Positions 48,661 to 62,055 of a DNA stretch of 64,000 nt are shown piece after piece; the stretch's first letter is position 1, and each line of letters opens with the position of its first letter. Source of the stretch: Eledone cirrhosa (Eukaryota); the NCBI GenBank assembly GCA_964016885.1, contig OZ024740.1:377022001-377086000 (forward strand), in the 5' to 3' direction. The notes under the pieces were generated by a model that searched no databases, had not been told where the DNA came from, and saw only the letters and a list, made by a program, of their open reading frames with translations. A program made the position numbers and the translations under genes.

Positions 48661-51600
48661 GATTTCATTTATTGGCCACAAGGGCCGACATATAGGGGAC
48701 AATACAAAAGACTGGGACAGTGGGGTTTTACAGAAAAATCGAGTAAACAATATGAATAAACAAAGTAACAATAACAAAGTAACAATAAAGTAACAAGAAA
48801 ATTACAAGAAAACATTCCCCAATAGGGGGGATGACCACCTAGGGTTCGCTCAGGTACCTCACCAATCCTGAACGACCCGACGCTTCGAGAGAACCCTGGA
48901 AGGGCACCCCTCTCCTCTTCAAATTTACCTACCTACAGTCGCATGACCAGAGTAGGACCACTCACACGGGCCATTCTCGCCACATTCACCCACCTTTCAG
49001 CAAATGTACTGGGGGGCAGTACTTCTCTCTCCACCCTCACCTTCCTTTCCAAGTGAAACATGAAAAAGTTGATGAGGGATTGGCCGAAGAGAAAAGTGTC
49101 TGTCTTCAGTCCTTTCAACCTCGTCCACCATACAACCTCTTTCGCTACTGCCACCAGACAGAGGAAAATTGCCTGCCCTTCCTGGTCAAAAGAAGGCAGC
49201 GGGTCGATCTTCACTATGGACTCGGCCGATAGCCGGATCCGTTCTACACGCGACATCAGCTGTTCAACATAACTCCACAAGTCAGTAATGGACGAGTGCG
49301 TGCAGAACGGTTTCGTCGCTCTGCGCGCATCTCGGGCAGGTCCGTCTGACAGCACTTCCGTGCCTGTAGAGTTATCTCGAACCGGTAGTGCCTCCCGGTA
49401 GCACTGCCAAGAGAGGGATTTTTGGAAATTATCCATCGTCCCCGGCTCGAAAGTCCTTCGGTACAGACTGGTTAGTTCGACTTCGTTGACTCCCAGAGCC
49501 TCTCCGAGTGCGTCGTCGCACTTGCCCACCACTAATCCTCTATAGAACTCGAGAGTGGAAGTTCCACTGACCGCATTGCCCGCCTGGTAGAGGGCAGTGA
49601 GTGCCTGGCAACATTCCAGATGCCAGTCACCCAGTCTCGGTCTCTTCTTGACCCAGGACTGCAACTCAGTCAAAGAAACGAGCTGCGGAAAGGCCCGTCT
49701 GACAAACGGCGACCACACCTGTTCACCGTTTAGGCAGAATATCTGGAGATGCCGCAGCCTCAGCGCGTGCCTGCGCATCATTAGCCACGGCATGCCCACC
49801 CCTCCACGTAGAGGGTGCTGGCAGCAGATGGACCGCCTCACCAGCGGAACCTGACCCCTCCACAAGAATTTGAAGAGGAGCCGCTCCAAGATGGCGAGAC
49901 GCGAACGGGGGCAAGGGACGACAGTCAGACGGTAGTAGATGACGGACGCGATGTACGCGTTCGCCACCTCCGCCCGACCTTTCAGTGATAGCTTCATCCC
50001 AGCCCATTTCTGGGTGAGACTGACTACCCTGCCCGTCACCTCGTCCCAATTCTTATCCACCTGGAGGTCTGGCCCGAACCAAACCCCTAGCAACTTTACC
50101 GGTCCGTCCGTCTAGCGCCTAACGACGCTGTTGGACGGCATGGACTTGCCTCTCCAGGTGCCGAGTTGCAAGCCCACTGACTTTTCCGGGTTAAGTTTTG
50201 CTCCCGTCAACCTTTCATATTCCTCCAATAAGTTGCCGACCACCTCGATTTCTGAGGTGTCCGACACCATCACGGTGATGTCGTCCGCATAAGCCGACAT
50301 AGCCTTTCCGCGTCCCGGTTCGAGCGGGATGCCCTGCAACAGCTCCAGCTTCCGCAGTAAAGGCTCGAGAGTCAATACGTACAGAACGGAGGAGAGAGGG
50401 CACCCTTGACGGACCGATTGGGAGACCTGAAACGGTTCCGAGAGATGGTCATTAATTTTGACCATCGCGCAGGTGCCGCTGTGCATTGCAGCGATTCAGC
50501 TTCTGAAGACGGGGCCGAAGCCAGCCGCCTTGAGGATAGCCTCCAGGTACCGATGGTCGACCCTATCGAATGCTTTCGATTGATCTAAATTGATCAGAGC
50601 CCCACCGAAGCCAGGTTTACACTCGACCCTCTCTATGATGTATCGCATTATGTGGAGGTTGTCGTGTATGGACCTGGTTGGGAATGCGCAAGTTTGCGCC
50701 TCCCCAACCAAATCCCCGACGACAAGCGCCAACCTCTTCGCTAATATCCTGGCCAAAATCTAATGTGTCCCTCTTGTTCTCGTCTTTCCTTATCAGCGTC
50801 ACTACGCCCCGGCTCACAGAACTGGGAATACTCCCGTTTTGCTGCCAGTTGCAGTAGAGCGCTTCGAGGAGATTGGAGAACAAGTCTGGCATATTTACGT
50901 AAAGCTCGTAGGGCAGACCATCCAAACCGGGTGACTTGTGCCTCATGCAGCCTACAAGGGCTTCCCTGTAAGCCTTACGTGCTGGAAATGACATGTTTAG
51001 CTTCCAGTAACCAGGTCCTAATCTATGCGTCTTATCTAGGTCGACCATACAGATCACAAACTTGTGATCTGAATAGGCGACCGTTTCAAAACGTGGACAG
51101 CTTACACTATTTCTGTCTATTTTCCTAATGAATATCCTGTCTATATACGATTTAGATGACCCTATGCGGTTAGCCCAGGGCCACACTGGCGCATTAGGGA
51201 AATCTAGTCGGTACCTTTCAGACAGTTGGAATTGGCTGATCAGGTTCTTGAGGCTTTTACACCCCCGCTCCTATCGGATACTCCCACACTGTCCCAGCGT
51301 GCGTCTACGATGCCGTTCCAGTCCCCCGCTAACAGTAAAGGGCGAGACGTACCCAGAAAGGCTTCCAGGCGTCTAAAGAAGTCCGGCCGTCCTGCCCCAG
51401 TAGGAGCATAGACGGCCACCAGTCTAAAGGCACCACCTTCATTATTGTTCACGTCCATTACCACCAACTTCCCGTCCGGGTCCCGGAAGATCGACCTTAC
51501 CTCGAGATCCAGACCTGTCCTAAACAGCACTGCCACCCCGCCCCCCATTCCCGGCTGGCTAACAGATGCAAAGATCTGATAGTCGTCGAAAATGGGGGCT

Positions 51601-53769
51601 AGTGCGCGCGTGTCGGAAATCCTGGTCTCGCTGACTGCAATTACATCCATTTCTATAGACCTGAGGTCGTTGAGCAGGTGACCCTCCTTCCAGGACGATC
51701 CCAGGCCGCGAACATTTAAACATCCTACTCTTAATACGGCCATGTTGGCAGGTTAAACAGAGAGAGAGGAAGGTTTACTTACCTTCCGGGCTCTTGTGAA
51801 GGTCGGGTTGTTCGACCCCCATAGTTAGTGGGGTTTCTTTTGGGAACCCCTTTAAAAGACTTGAAGTTGGTTTTACGTTCGGGGTTCCCACGTCCCGAGG
51901 AAAGCTGTCTCGTATTTCTTTGAATATGTAGAGCGACATTCGCACCAGAACCAAATCTTCCGGCACGCGAAATGTGCTCGATTTAAACATTTCCCTCTCT
52001 TTTTGTATATTTTCGCTTCGTGCTACGAGGGCCATCAGTTCCTTGTTGGCCCTCCTGACGAGCACGAAGTTTTGTATGTTTTGTTGGTGTGATTTTGTTT
52101 GTTTGCGTGGCTGTGGTGTTGTTTCGGTTGTATCTGTGTTTGTTGTGAGTGCAATGTCTGTGGTTTCAGATGTTTGTGTGTATATTTGTTCTTGCGTCTG
52201 TTTCGGTTGTTTTCGTTTGGGGGATTCTGGTGATGGTGATGGTGGTGTTGATGTTGGTGTTATTGGAGAGATGTTTGCGTGGGTGGTGTCTGCGTTTTTT
52301 ATTGTGGGTGCTTTTGTGCTTTGTTGGGGTTTTTTTTCTTTTTGTGTTTCCTTTTTTGTATTTTGGGGGATTTGGGATTTCCCTCATCTTCACTACTGGT
52401 AGATGAAGGGTTTGTGTCTGTAAGTGTGTTTGTATGTATGTTTAAGGTTTTATTGGTGTGTGTATTTTTTTTGGGGGGGGGGGTGACAGCTTTCCTCGTT
52501 TCCCCCCTGGGTGGTCAATGTTGGTGGTGTTTTTTCTATTGGTGTTGTTGTTGGTGGTTGACAGTCCCATTCTGAAGTCGGATATGGTCTGGGATTGTCT
52601 TCACATTATCGGGCCTGATCTGGAGAAGGATCTCCAGGTCAACCTCGGACCAGTCTTCTCTGGCCGTTATGGTCACTTCTATAGGGACTGTATCCGTCCC
52701 CTCCACAATCACACATCCCAGAAGCCACCACTTGTCAAGTCCTGGTGGGATTCTGGGAATGCGGAGACGAGCCGTTCTTTTTCCCATGTGGGAGGGGTAC
52801 ATTATGACCTTGCTGATTTTGCAAGGAGTCATGGCGTGTTTCATCGCGAGGGCTTCTGACTTGAACAACACCGAAATGGTGCCGTACTGTCTGCTCCTCT
52901 CTATGTACTGGGTGTCTTCTCTGATGCACCTCAGCGCGACTTCGATATCTTCTTGTGGGATTAACGCTGCCCTTTTGGTTTGTGCTTAGATGCATCTATA
53001 ATGCACCGTTTTGCGCTCCACTGCCTCAATAGCTTCTACCGGGACAGTTAAGTTGGCCCAAGTTTGCTCTTGCTTGATGAGCTTCCATGCCTGGGCCAAC
53101 TTTTCATCTTTGTTTGAGAGGTCCATGTTGAAGCATGGCCTCTTTTTTGCTGCTGCCGCAGCGAAAGTGGTCTTGTTTTCGTTGGGGGTGTTGTTGACGT
53201 TGTTCTTGTTGGTGTTGTTGTTAGCACTGTCGCTGTTATCATTGTTGTCTTTGCTGCCACCGTTGTTCTCGGTGCAGTTGGTATTGTTGCTGTTGGTGTT
53301 GTCGCTATTTGTTTTCATGTTAGTGGTGTTGATATTGTTGTTGTATTTGTTATTTTTTTTTTTGTTATCTGTATTTTCGTTGTCGCTGTTACTGTCATTT
53401 TTTTTCAAATTAGAGTTCTTATTGGTATCATTGGTGTCTTTGTTTACCTTGTTTGTGGTGGTGTTTGTGTTATCAATGTGTGTTAATTTCGCTGTAGCGC
53501 TCCTCTCAACTTCTACGTCGTTGTCGCACGACAGCCGACATATCGCTGGGGGCGTGACTCAGCCATGATTTTTTTCTTCGTAAATTTTTTAATATGTAAA
53601 AAAGGTTCAAATATTTGGGCCAAAAGTTCAAATATTATACTTTCCCCTTCACGGGGCAAAGTCTAAGGGCTTATATCCCTTACACAACAAGAAATATTTA
53701 ACATCAAATAATTTAAACAGGCAAATAAAGCGACTTACTGTGAGCGAGCAAAATACGTCCGCTTAGACC
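48661..53769 (-). mobile_element. L1/Tx1-clade LINE, second family (copy C), both ends present, internally deleted, flanked by AAT repeats
   Basis: ORF1 ATG at 53566 to stop at 51775 (Asn-rich). ORF2 51743-48933 with LNVRGL, SETR, YSDH, GPGYWKLN, LDQSKAFDRV, AYADD; deletions near 50965 and 50762. 3' end ggcccttgtggccaataaatgaaatcattatt. Confidence 0.92.
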
Positions 53770-53793
53770 AATAATAATAATAATAATAATAAT

Positions 53794-53897
53794 GTTTTAT
53801 TGACCACACGGGCCGACATATAGGGAACAATACAAAAATAGGGATAGTGGTGCCTACAAAAGAAATCGAGTAAAAAAAGTATAACATTAAATTTCAT
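53794..53897 (-). mobile_element. Tx1 family C-like 3' tail fragment
   Basis: Reverse complement ends gtcggcccgtgtggtcaataaaacattattatt. Confidence 0.75.
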
Positions 53898-53901
53898 AAT
53901 A

Positions 53902-55309
53902 ATGAAATTCCTCACTGACGAGAGACAACGTGAAACAGTGCTACATACTTTACAAGGATTCACAAAAGAAATAGGCATGAAATTTATACTAGGCAAAGGC
54001 GCTAAGTCAACTTTGAAGCAAAGAAAACTGGTGAACAACACTAATATCACAGTAGATAAAGAAACTGAGATAAGAGAATTCGGTTAAACACAGACATACA
54101 AATATTTAGTAATCAACGAACTAGACAGTGTTCATTACACACAGATCAAAGAAAAGATTAAAAATGAATACTATAGACGGATTAGATTACTACTTAAAAC
54201 AGAAATAAATGCAAAGAACAATGTGATTAGCATCAATACTCTAGCGATCCCAATAATAAGATAGTTTTAATATTCTGAACCGGACACTAAAAGAACTAAC
54301 AGGAATAGACAGAAAAACAAGAAAATTAATGACTGCATTTAGAATACACCATTCAAAACTGATGTAGAAAGATTATAACTGCCACACAAGAGGAAGAGGT
54401 ATATTGCAAGTAGAAAACTATTATAACTACTGTAAAACTACAAAAATATCTCATGAAAAACAAAGGAATATTAATACAAATACCCACGAAATATGAACAA
54501 AATAAAAAATTGTTTTCTGTCTTCAAGAAGCCAACAAATTCGAAACAGAAGTTGGATTGACAGGTAATTGTGAGGAAAATGTAAACAAAGATGAAACAAA
54601 GATGAAACAACAGAAATTGTAGAAAACATAAAATCTAAATTGAAAATAATCCTTGAGAAGTCTACCCAAAAAATGATGGCAGGAAAATCCCTTACATGGC
54701 CAATGACCGAAAAAGCTGATTAGCAAAACTCGCAAAACTGGCTACAAAGCACTGGACTAAAAGCCGAGACTGAAGGAATTCTAATCAAAGCATAAGATTA
54801 AAGCATCTCTATCAGAAACCACCAAAAGTACATAATTGTTTCTACTTTAGGCACAAGGCCAGCAATTACCCAGTGCATTACTGGTACTTTATTTTATCGA
54901 CCCCGTAAGGATGAAAGGCAAAGTGAACCTCGGCGGGATTTGAACTCAGATCGTAAAGGGACGTAACTATGCTGGAAAGTACATAATGAAAAAGAACACA
55001 ATAAATAATTGCAGAATATGTGGAAGTGGGATGAAACAATTTGCCACGTTATCTATGGCTGCCTAGTCTTAGCCAAAAAGGAATATAACCACAGATGTGA
55101 TAGAGTTAGGACTTACAAAGAGTGGAAGTTATACAGACATTAGGAAATACCAACAGAAAATTATGGTACTGACACACACCAAAAGAGGTGTCAGAGAATG
55201 ACAAAACAACCATGCTCTGGGATATGCCAACTCACACAGACAGGGTGATCAAAGTCAAACGACCGGGTATTATAGTCAAAGACCACAAAGAAAAAATGTC
55301 TATTTTACC
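53902..55309 (+). mobile_element. Old R4/Dong-like LINE 3' fragment
   Basis: EIGMKF..KGAK, INTLAIP, GLKAETEG, CRICG and MLWDMPTHTDRVIKVKRPGIIV; decayed and interrupted by a SINE. Confidence 0.75.
54837..54975 (-). mobile_element. 5'-truncated S1 SINE with 12-bp target-site duplication aaagtacataat
   Basis: TSD at 54825-54836 and 54976-54987. Confidence 0.88.
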
Positions 55310-55327
55310 ATTATTATGCATCGACGG

Positions 55328-55500
55328 CACTATCGGTAGAGAGTCAGACGCCATGCTTTTCAGCATAGAGCTACGTCCCTTTACAGACTGAGTTCAAATC
55401 CTGCCGAGGTTAACTTTGCCTTTCATCCTTACAGGGTCGATAATATAAAGTACCAGTAATGTACTGAGTAATTGCTAGCCTTGTGCCAAAAGAAGAAACA
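55328..55500 (+). mobile_element. S1 SINE with 18-bp target-site duplication attattatgcatcgacgg
   Basis: TSD at ~55310-55327 and 55501-55518; it begins with ATT repeats. Confidence 0.88.
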
Positions 55501-55651
55501 ATTATTATGCATCGACGGTTATCCCCCCTTGCTTCTGCTGGACAACGCTCAACTGTGGCTTTCAAAATGTTTGTTTAGAAACATACCGTATATCGTTAGA
55601 TATACGAAATTCACATACATATGTATATAAAGCTATGTCGAAGATACATTC

Positions 55652-55707
<56 letters not shown>

Positions 55708-55708
<1 letters not shown>

Positions 55709-55891
55709 CTGTTTCTACTTTTGGCACAAGGCCAGCAATTATCCTAGTACATTACTGGTACTTTATTTTATCGACCGCGTAAGGATGAAAGGCAAAGTAA
55801 ACCTCGGCGGGAATTGATCTCAGATCGTAAAGGGACGTAACTATGCTGGAAAGCATATCCGACCCTCTACCGATACTGCCAATTCACCGCC
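55708..55891 (-). mobile_element. S1 SINE, near full length
   Basis: Head, core and tail as in other copies. Confidence 0.88.
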
Positions 55892-55892
55892 C

Positions 55893-58155
55893 TGACCGTT
55901 GGTCAGTCAATGGTAACATTGAGGACCGAATAAATTAAATTAACCGATATAAAAGACACAGAAACGAAAACCAACCAAACAGTGAGTGTGTTTTGTTATT
56001 AATTCTAGCAATATTATTACACAAATATGACCCTCCCCAAGTATAACAAAAACAGGAACCTATCCAACTGCATAATAGGCAGCATGGATGTGGTATCACT
56101 GTACCCATCCATTAACATTGATTTTGCTGTGGAAAAATGTGTGGAGATGATCATTGAGAGTGAGGTGGGGTTCTGCGACGTCGACACAGACGAACTGGGC
56201 CTCCTACTTAGACTTACCTAAGACACTGACTACCTAGACAGCCATGACCTTAGACGTTTCTGCCCTAGTAGACCCATAAGGGTAGACCCCTCCCCCTCAC
56301 CATAACCTCAATGGCAAAAAAGACTCCCATGGGAAGGTGGATTGGGTGGACCAAAGCTATACGGACCCCCCAAAACAATGATCAGGTAAGGAAAATGGTC
56401 GCACATGCAATAGGGGCTAGTATCAAACTACCCTAAAGGGCCACATATTCAAGTTCAACGAGAAGATCTACACCCAAAATGAGGGAGCAGCCATTGGCGT
56501 CAGCATAGCTGGTGATGTTGCCAACCTTTTTATGGTATGGTGGGAAAGGAGACTTAAAGATCTCCTTAATGAGAGCTCCATAGACCTCATCATGTACTCT
56601 CGTTACGTAGACGATATCAATATAGTTATAAGAACATCCCCACTAGAGAGCACTAACAAGTTTGATTTAGAACGTAGCACAATGGAAAGCATCCAGCAGA
56701 TAGCTAATTCCATACACTAGAGTATAACTGTAACTATCGACTACATCTTCCAAACACCCTAACAATAGACTACCTGTATTAAATACGGTACTCTGGATTA
56801 ACACTATAGACGAGAGAGCCCAAATTCTCCACTCACACTATGCTAAACCCATGGCCTCTAAATACCTGATACTCAAAATCTCAGCAATGTCCAGTAGTGC
56901 TAAGTTTAATATTCTGATCGCAGATTTGGTACGAGTGATGAAGAATGTGTCCCGCATGTGCGACCCAACAGAAATGGAAAGACACATCCAACACTTCATC
57001 AACCGCATGCAGTTCTCTGGCTACAACCAAAGAGACAGAGTCAGAGTATACGAAGGAGCCATGGAGAAGTATAAGACCCTCATAGAACTGGACATGAAAG
57101 GAATTTGCCCATTATACAGGAGAAAATCATGGAATAGTTTAGATAGGGCTAGACATAAGATAGGGAAGGCCACCTCATGGTACGACAACCAGAGATACCA
57201 GTAGTCTATAGCATAAGATGTACAGAGGGTACTTGCAGAAACATGACAACAACATACATAGGCGAGACAGCTCGTAGCATAGGTGAAAGGATAGACCAAC
57301 ATTGGGGGGAACTAAAAGGACGAAAAAACGGGTCAGTACTATACGAACATGCCAGACAACAACACGACGGTAACATAGACAACATAGAAATTAGAATAAT
57401 ATCTAAACATAGAAATGACCCAGCAGATAGGCAAATCAGAGAGGCCAGTGAAATAGAACTTAGAAGGCCAAGACTAAACAGAAAGAATGAATGGAATAAC
57501 AACAACACCCAAACAAACAACACTGACCTAAGAGAAGTATAAATAAATAAATAAATAAATAAATAAACAAGCACAATAACAACAAACACATATAAACACA
57601 CACTAGTAAAGATAGAATACATTAACCAATACACAGTCACCCAATCACGAACACACATCAAACAAAACACTATACACACACGCAAACGCATTCGCAAAGA
57701 AGACAAAATAAAATAAACAAACAAACAAATAAATAAATAAATATATAAACAGCATGGCCTCAGCCGGATGGCTGAAACTGGTAAAAGAGTAAAAGAGACT
57801 AAATAAAGATGGCGTAGACATACAATGTAACCTGAGGAAACAATAGCACGACTGACGATGTTGCAGATGTCCAACGAAAGAACTTTGATAAACTATATAT
57901 ATATGTGTTTGTGTCTATATTGTATCTGTATTATTTTTGACCGTTGGTCAGTCAATGGCAACATTGAGGACCGAATAAATTAGATTACCGATATAAAAGA
58001 CACAGAAGCGAAAAGCGAAAACCAACCAAACAGTGAGTGTGTTCTGTTATTAATTCTGGCAATATTACACAAATATGACCCTCCCCAAGTATAACAATAT
58101 TTGTTTCGACACACGATTTCATATAAAAAAACCTCGCAAAACTAATTCATCGCCG

Positions 58156-58156
<1 letters not shown>
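55893..58156 (+). mobile_element. Second Penelope-like element (5'-truncated RT + GIY-YIG) bounded by ~157-bp direct repeats
   Basis: SMDVVSLYPSI, GAAIGVSIAGDVANLFMVWW, YSRYVDD, LPVLN, RMQFSGY; VVYSIRC..C..YIGETARS..R..H..RQIREA..LNRKNEW. Direct repeats at 55893-56049 and 57938-58097. Confidence 0.87.
57852..57886 (+). ncRNA. Hammerhead ribozyme-like core downstream of the PLE ORF
   Basis: CTGACGA-t-gttg-cagatgtc-caac-GAAA-g-aa-ctt; stems I and III are weak. Confidence 0.4.
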
Positions 58157-58217
<61 letters not shown>

Positions 58218-61200
58218 GTTTGTTTTTACTCAGGTGTTGTGCTGCAATTCATAATAATAGCTTTTGTTTAACAATTAACAAACTCTATCAAAGTAATTAT
58301 ATTTTAATGAAAATATGATGTATTTATATTACTGTAATATATTTATCAATAGCAAACTAATTGGCTTCTATTTCATTTTTGTTCATTTTATATGATTATC
58401 TATTCTAAAAAATAATGTAAACCATTAACATAGTTTTATATAGTTGCTGAAAGCAACATATTCATTCAAATATTTTTTTAGAGCAAACTGAAATTGCAGC
58501 TACTGTGTTTTTGTCATTCTGTGTTATTATTAATGTCATATGTCAGTGATAAAATATCTGACATTCAAAAACTCGAAGACGGCACAATCGTTATAACGTT
58601 GAAGAATTATAGTCATGTTCATCATTATAATCCTAACTGGTATAGTACTCGTCAAAGATGACGGGATTTATAGGTAAAAAAAATGCTATTTAATGTTTTC
58701 TTAAATACAACATTCTATGTAAAGTTGCTTGAGTTATCGATTTTCCTGGAGCTTCTCCCTCATTTAACTCCAGCCATCACCGTTTTTCGTTTCACATTTA
58801 AATCAATTACAATAATTTTCGTCATATTTTCTTTAAACTCTAGCAAATATTATACCCACTAAATCACGATGTTTTGTTCTACATGTGTATTTATCTATCT
58901 GTTTCTCTATCTATATATGTCTCTGTTATTGGGATTTGTGCCTAGTTGTTATCGTTGTTCTCATCCGAAGATAAATATACATAAATAGATTGTATTTTAT
59001 TATAAAAGATTATCACCATTATATAGCAGAAAATATATAAACCTTTCCACTTGAGCGGGTGTCTCCCTATCGTCAGTCACAATATGTTATACAAAGCTCT
59101 GGTTTCTATTTCTCAAAGACAGAAGAAATACATTTACACACCAATAAACATGTAGTATGCATTAGAAGTTTTGGAAATTAAATTTTAAGACAGCTAGAAA
59201 AAGGGTTTCTACACAATGTAACGCATATAACAAGATATTCAAATACTTGCTCTATAATTAGACATTGATTAAATGTCATTTTAGTCCTGTTACATGTTAT
59301 ATTGAATTGCATCCTGTAGGGGTACCTTGTTGTTTTTCTTGCTGTTATTGCTCTTGTTATTGTTGTTGTTGCTGATGCTGTTGTTTAGCGATCAGACCTT
59401 ATCAGACCTTATTCTATTCATTCGATTCCTTTCATTCTAACTATGATCATCTCGACTTTTTAGGAGTATGTAGGATCATATTTTTATGTCTTTTATATTT
59501 TTATTTAAGGCCTCAGATTGTCATTTGAGTGATATCTGCCTAATATTTCTCTGAGTCAAGTCAGTTATATTAATTAAGAAATATCAGTTCAGTTAATTAT
59601 AACTATTAATTAAAACCAGGAATGGTCAAACATTCATAAGACAAATCAATTTATTTTTATTGGTATATGTACATATGCTATCTCCAAAATATCTCCAATT
59701 TAATCACATGGTTGAATGCATATATTAAACCTATTTCCATTAAATAATGTGTCGCATACTTAAAGTTTGCAGGAAAGAGATATATCAAACTGAATTACCG
59801 CAATACCAAGTTGATACGATTATATAAGAGTCCTTTTTATCTAGGATGATAGAGAAACAGGGACTAAATACTGAAAAACGTTTAGTATTGTGTTCAAGAA
59901 TTACTATCAATATGTGTTTTGTGGTTGACCTTACTATGAGCTTATTGGCCGCAGACCAATTAATATTATTGCAAAAAGTATTTTACTGACCCCGGAGAAA
60001 TGAAAGGCAATTTTGAGCAGGACTGAAACATAACATGTAGTGGGACGAAGCTAACTACGGTAATGCATTTAATTCAGTATATTTACCGTCTTTATATGAC
60101 AATAGTATACATTTTCCTGTTATGTGAAAATGATAGCTCTAATAATAATGAGACAACGCGTGAAAGTCACGCCTCATTCTCGCCTTAGTTGTAGAGATAT
60201 TGCCCATTGCAATATCTATGTATAATATTCAGTAATATATGTGCCTATTTGAAGTTTTAACTGTAGTTATTCAAAGGATGAAATGGCTTTTATATTGTCA
60301 TATAGATGTTATATTCGTAGTTCTATTTATAGACAATCTCTTAAACGATATTGGACATCACTGAAATGCACAAACGTGAGATAGAACGGAATTGAATCGA
60401 ATTTGAATTGTGGCACCTATAAATGTCAAATTGCAAAACTATTGTTGAAATTTCTTGTTCTCATGCAAATAAACCTAAATATCAGATGAAATATGTGAAA
60501 ACGTTCAAGTAGATGTCGATATTCGTAAATCAGAAGAAAAGAACAGATTTGATTCCTAGAATCCTTAACATTTCCCGGTTTCTATTTTTTCCTTCAGTGT
60601 CACAGATTCTTGTTAATCAATTCTAAGCAATTCATTTTTCACCTTTCCTTATCATGTGTGGCATTTTGAGTAACATAAATGTCATGAGAATATCCTGTTA
60701 ACGCGATCATTAACTTACGCTAAAAGACCATGCAAGGTGAGAGAAAATTGTTACATTTTAACATATCGTGGTGTGATTTCTATTTTGTACTGAAATCTTT
60801 AATACCACATTTGCATATATCCTCAATTTAAAATGCATCGCATCTATGCCTAGTTGAATGAAAATTAGAGTATATCAGATTACATTAACAATCTAATTCA
60901 CTCATGCAAGGATGGTGTCAGTTTCTTGACTTTTGAGTCTAAATATGCAACTATTCTAAAGAAACCTTAATTAAGTTGATCTCTACGGCATCGAAATGCC
61001 GGCGAAAACAATTCGCACAATCCTCTCCTCCAGATCGAAGTAATAGAAAAAGATGATCAATTCTCTATTCTTATTTCATGGGAGAATAGGAATGATGACA
61101 TTGCATTCTTTAACACAAATATCGCGGTCTGAGCAAAATAGCTACAAGTGACCATTTAACTTTGTTCACCTGTAATTGTGTCTTATTCCAGATCGAGCAG

Positions 61201-61449
61201 ATATATTTTCAAATGTATTATTTCATAGTTTAATTCAGCTCACTTCGTACAGAGTCCTTACCCTTGTTTTTAAGGTAACAGATTTGGGATTTGATCAAGA
61301 TTGCACTGCTATTTCTGCAGATCCAACCACTAAATACTGATTCTATCATTAACCAAATCGGCATACACCTTCTCATATATGCAACATATATCTTAATGGA
61401 ACGTATTAAGATTTAAATCAATAAAAATAATTCATGTTAATTTGCGTAT

Positions 61450-62055
61450 TTCCTTATTTTCCAAGCAATATTTACATACGGCATACATAGTAACGAATAT
61501 TTTCCGCATTCTCAATAAGGAATGACAGCTCTAAACGTTATCCTTTTAATTATTGTGTGCTACAATAGTTCAATACTTCCTGGTTCATTGCAGCCCTATG
61601 CCTTACTGAAGCAAGACTTCGCAGGTGTGGAAAGCACTAGCATATTTTTCGTGCAAGAATTTAAATCAAACATTGTACCGGAAACAGGTTAACGTTTTAA
61701 ACCAAACATTTTAGTCTTATACAAAAGAAACTTAATAATGCCGCCAGTAACAAATGTCATGATTAAGAAGACTTGTGATCAAAGACATTCTAACTGTGCA
61801 TAAACGTTTTCCAGACATGGAATAACGAAGACTACATTATCCAGGATGTTATGTTTTGGTATCTAGTGAAGTATATAAGGTGTCGTTGCACCGTGATAAT
61901 ACAAACCTTTTGCCAGGAGGTAGGTTTGAATGATTGCAACTCCGCCAAAGTCACTAACGATCCGGGAAATAGTCTTAAACTGGGCAGCGAGTTACCTCCT
62001 CGCAACAACATCTCCTTCCACCTTAAAGAATGATAGGGCATAATTTGATACAAAT
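61450..62055 (-). mobile_element. Very old Tx1 ORF2 C-terminal remnant
   Basis: LFPGSLVTLAELQSF resembles VFPQLVSLTELQSW of Tx1 ORF2; a PGTM-like segment follows. Confidence 0.4.

Noticed and set aside
53011-53568. Hydrophobic 185-aa ORF (likewise 57206-57874, 36737-37105, 51974-52402)
   Set aside because: Antisense shadows of A/C-rich retroelement sequence.
32703-53793. CRISPR-like repeat/spacer array
   Set aside because: The repeats are variable-length AAT microsatellites and the spacers are retroelements; there are no cas genes and the context is eukaryotic.
57750-57800. cagcc/ggctg hairpin followed by gaaactggta as a hammerhead
   Set aside because: Lacks CUGANGA; followed by a gtaaaaga repeat, more like a retroposon 3' tail.
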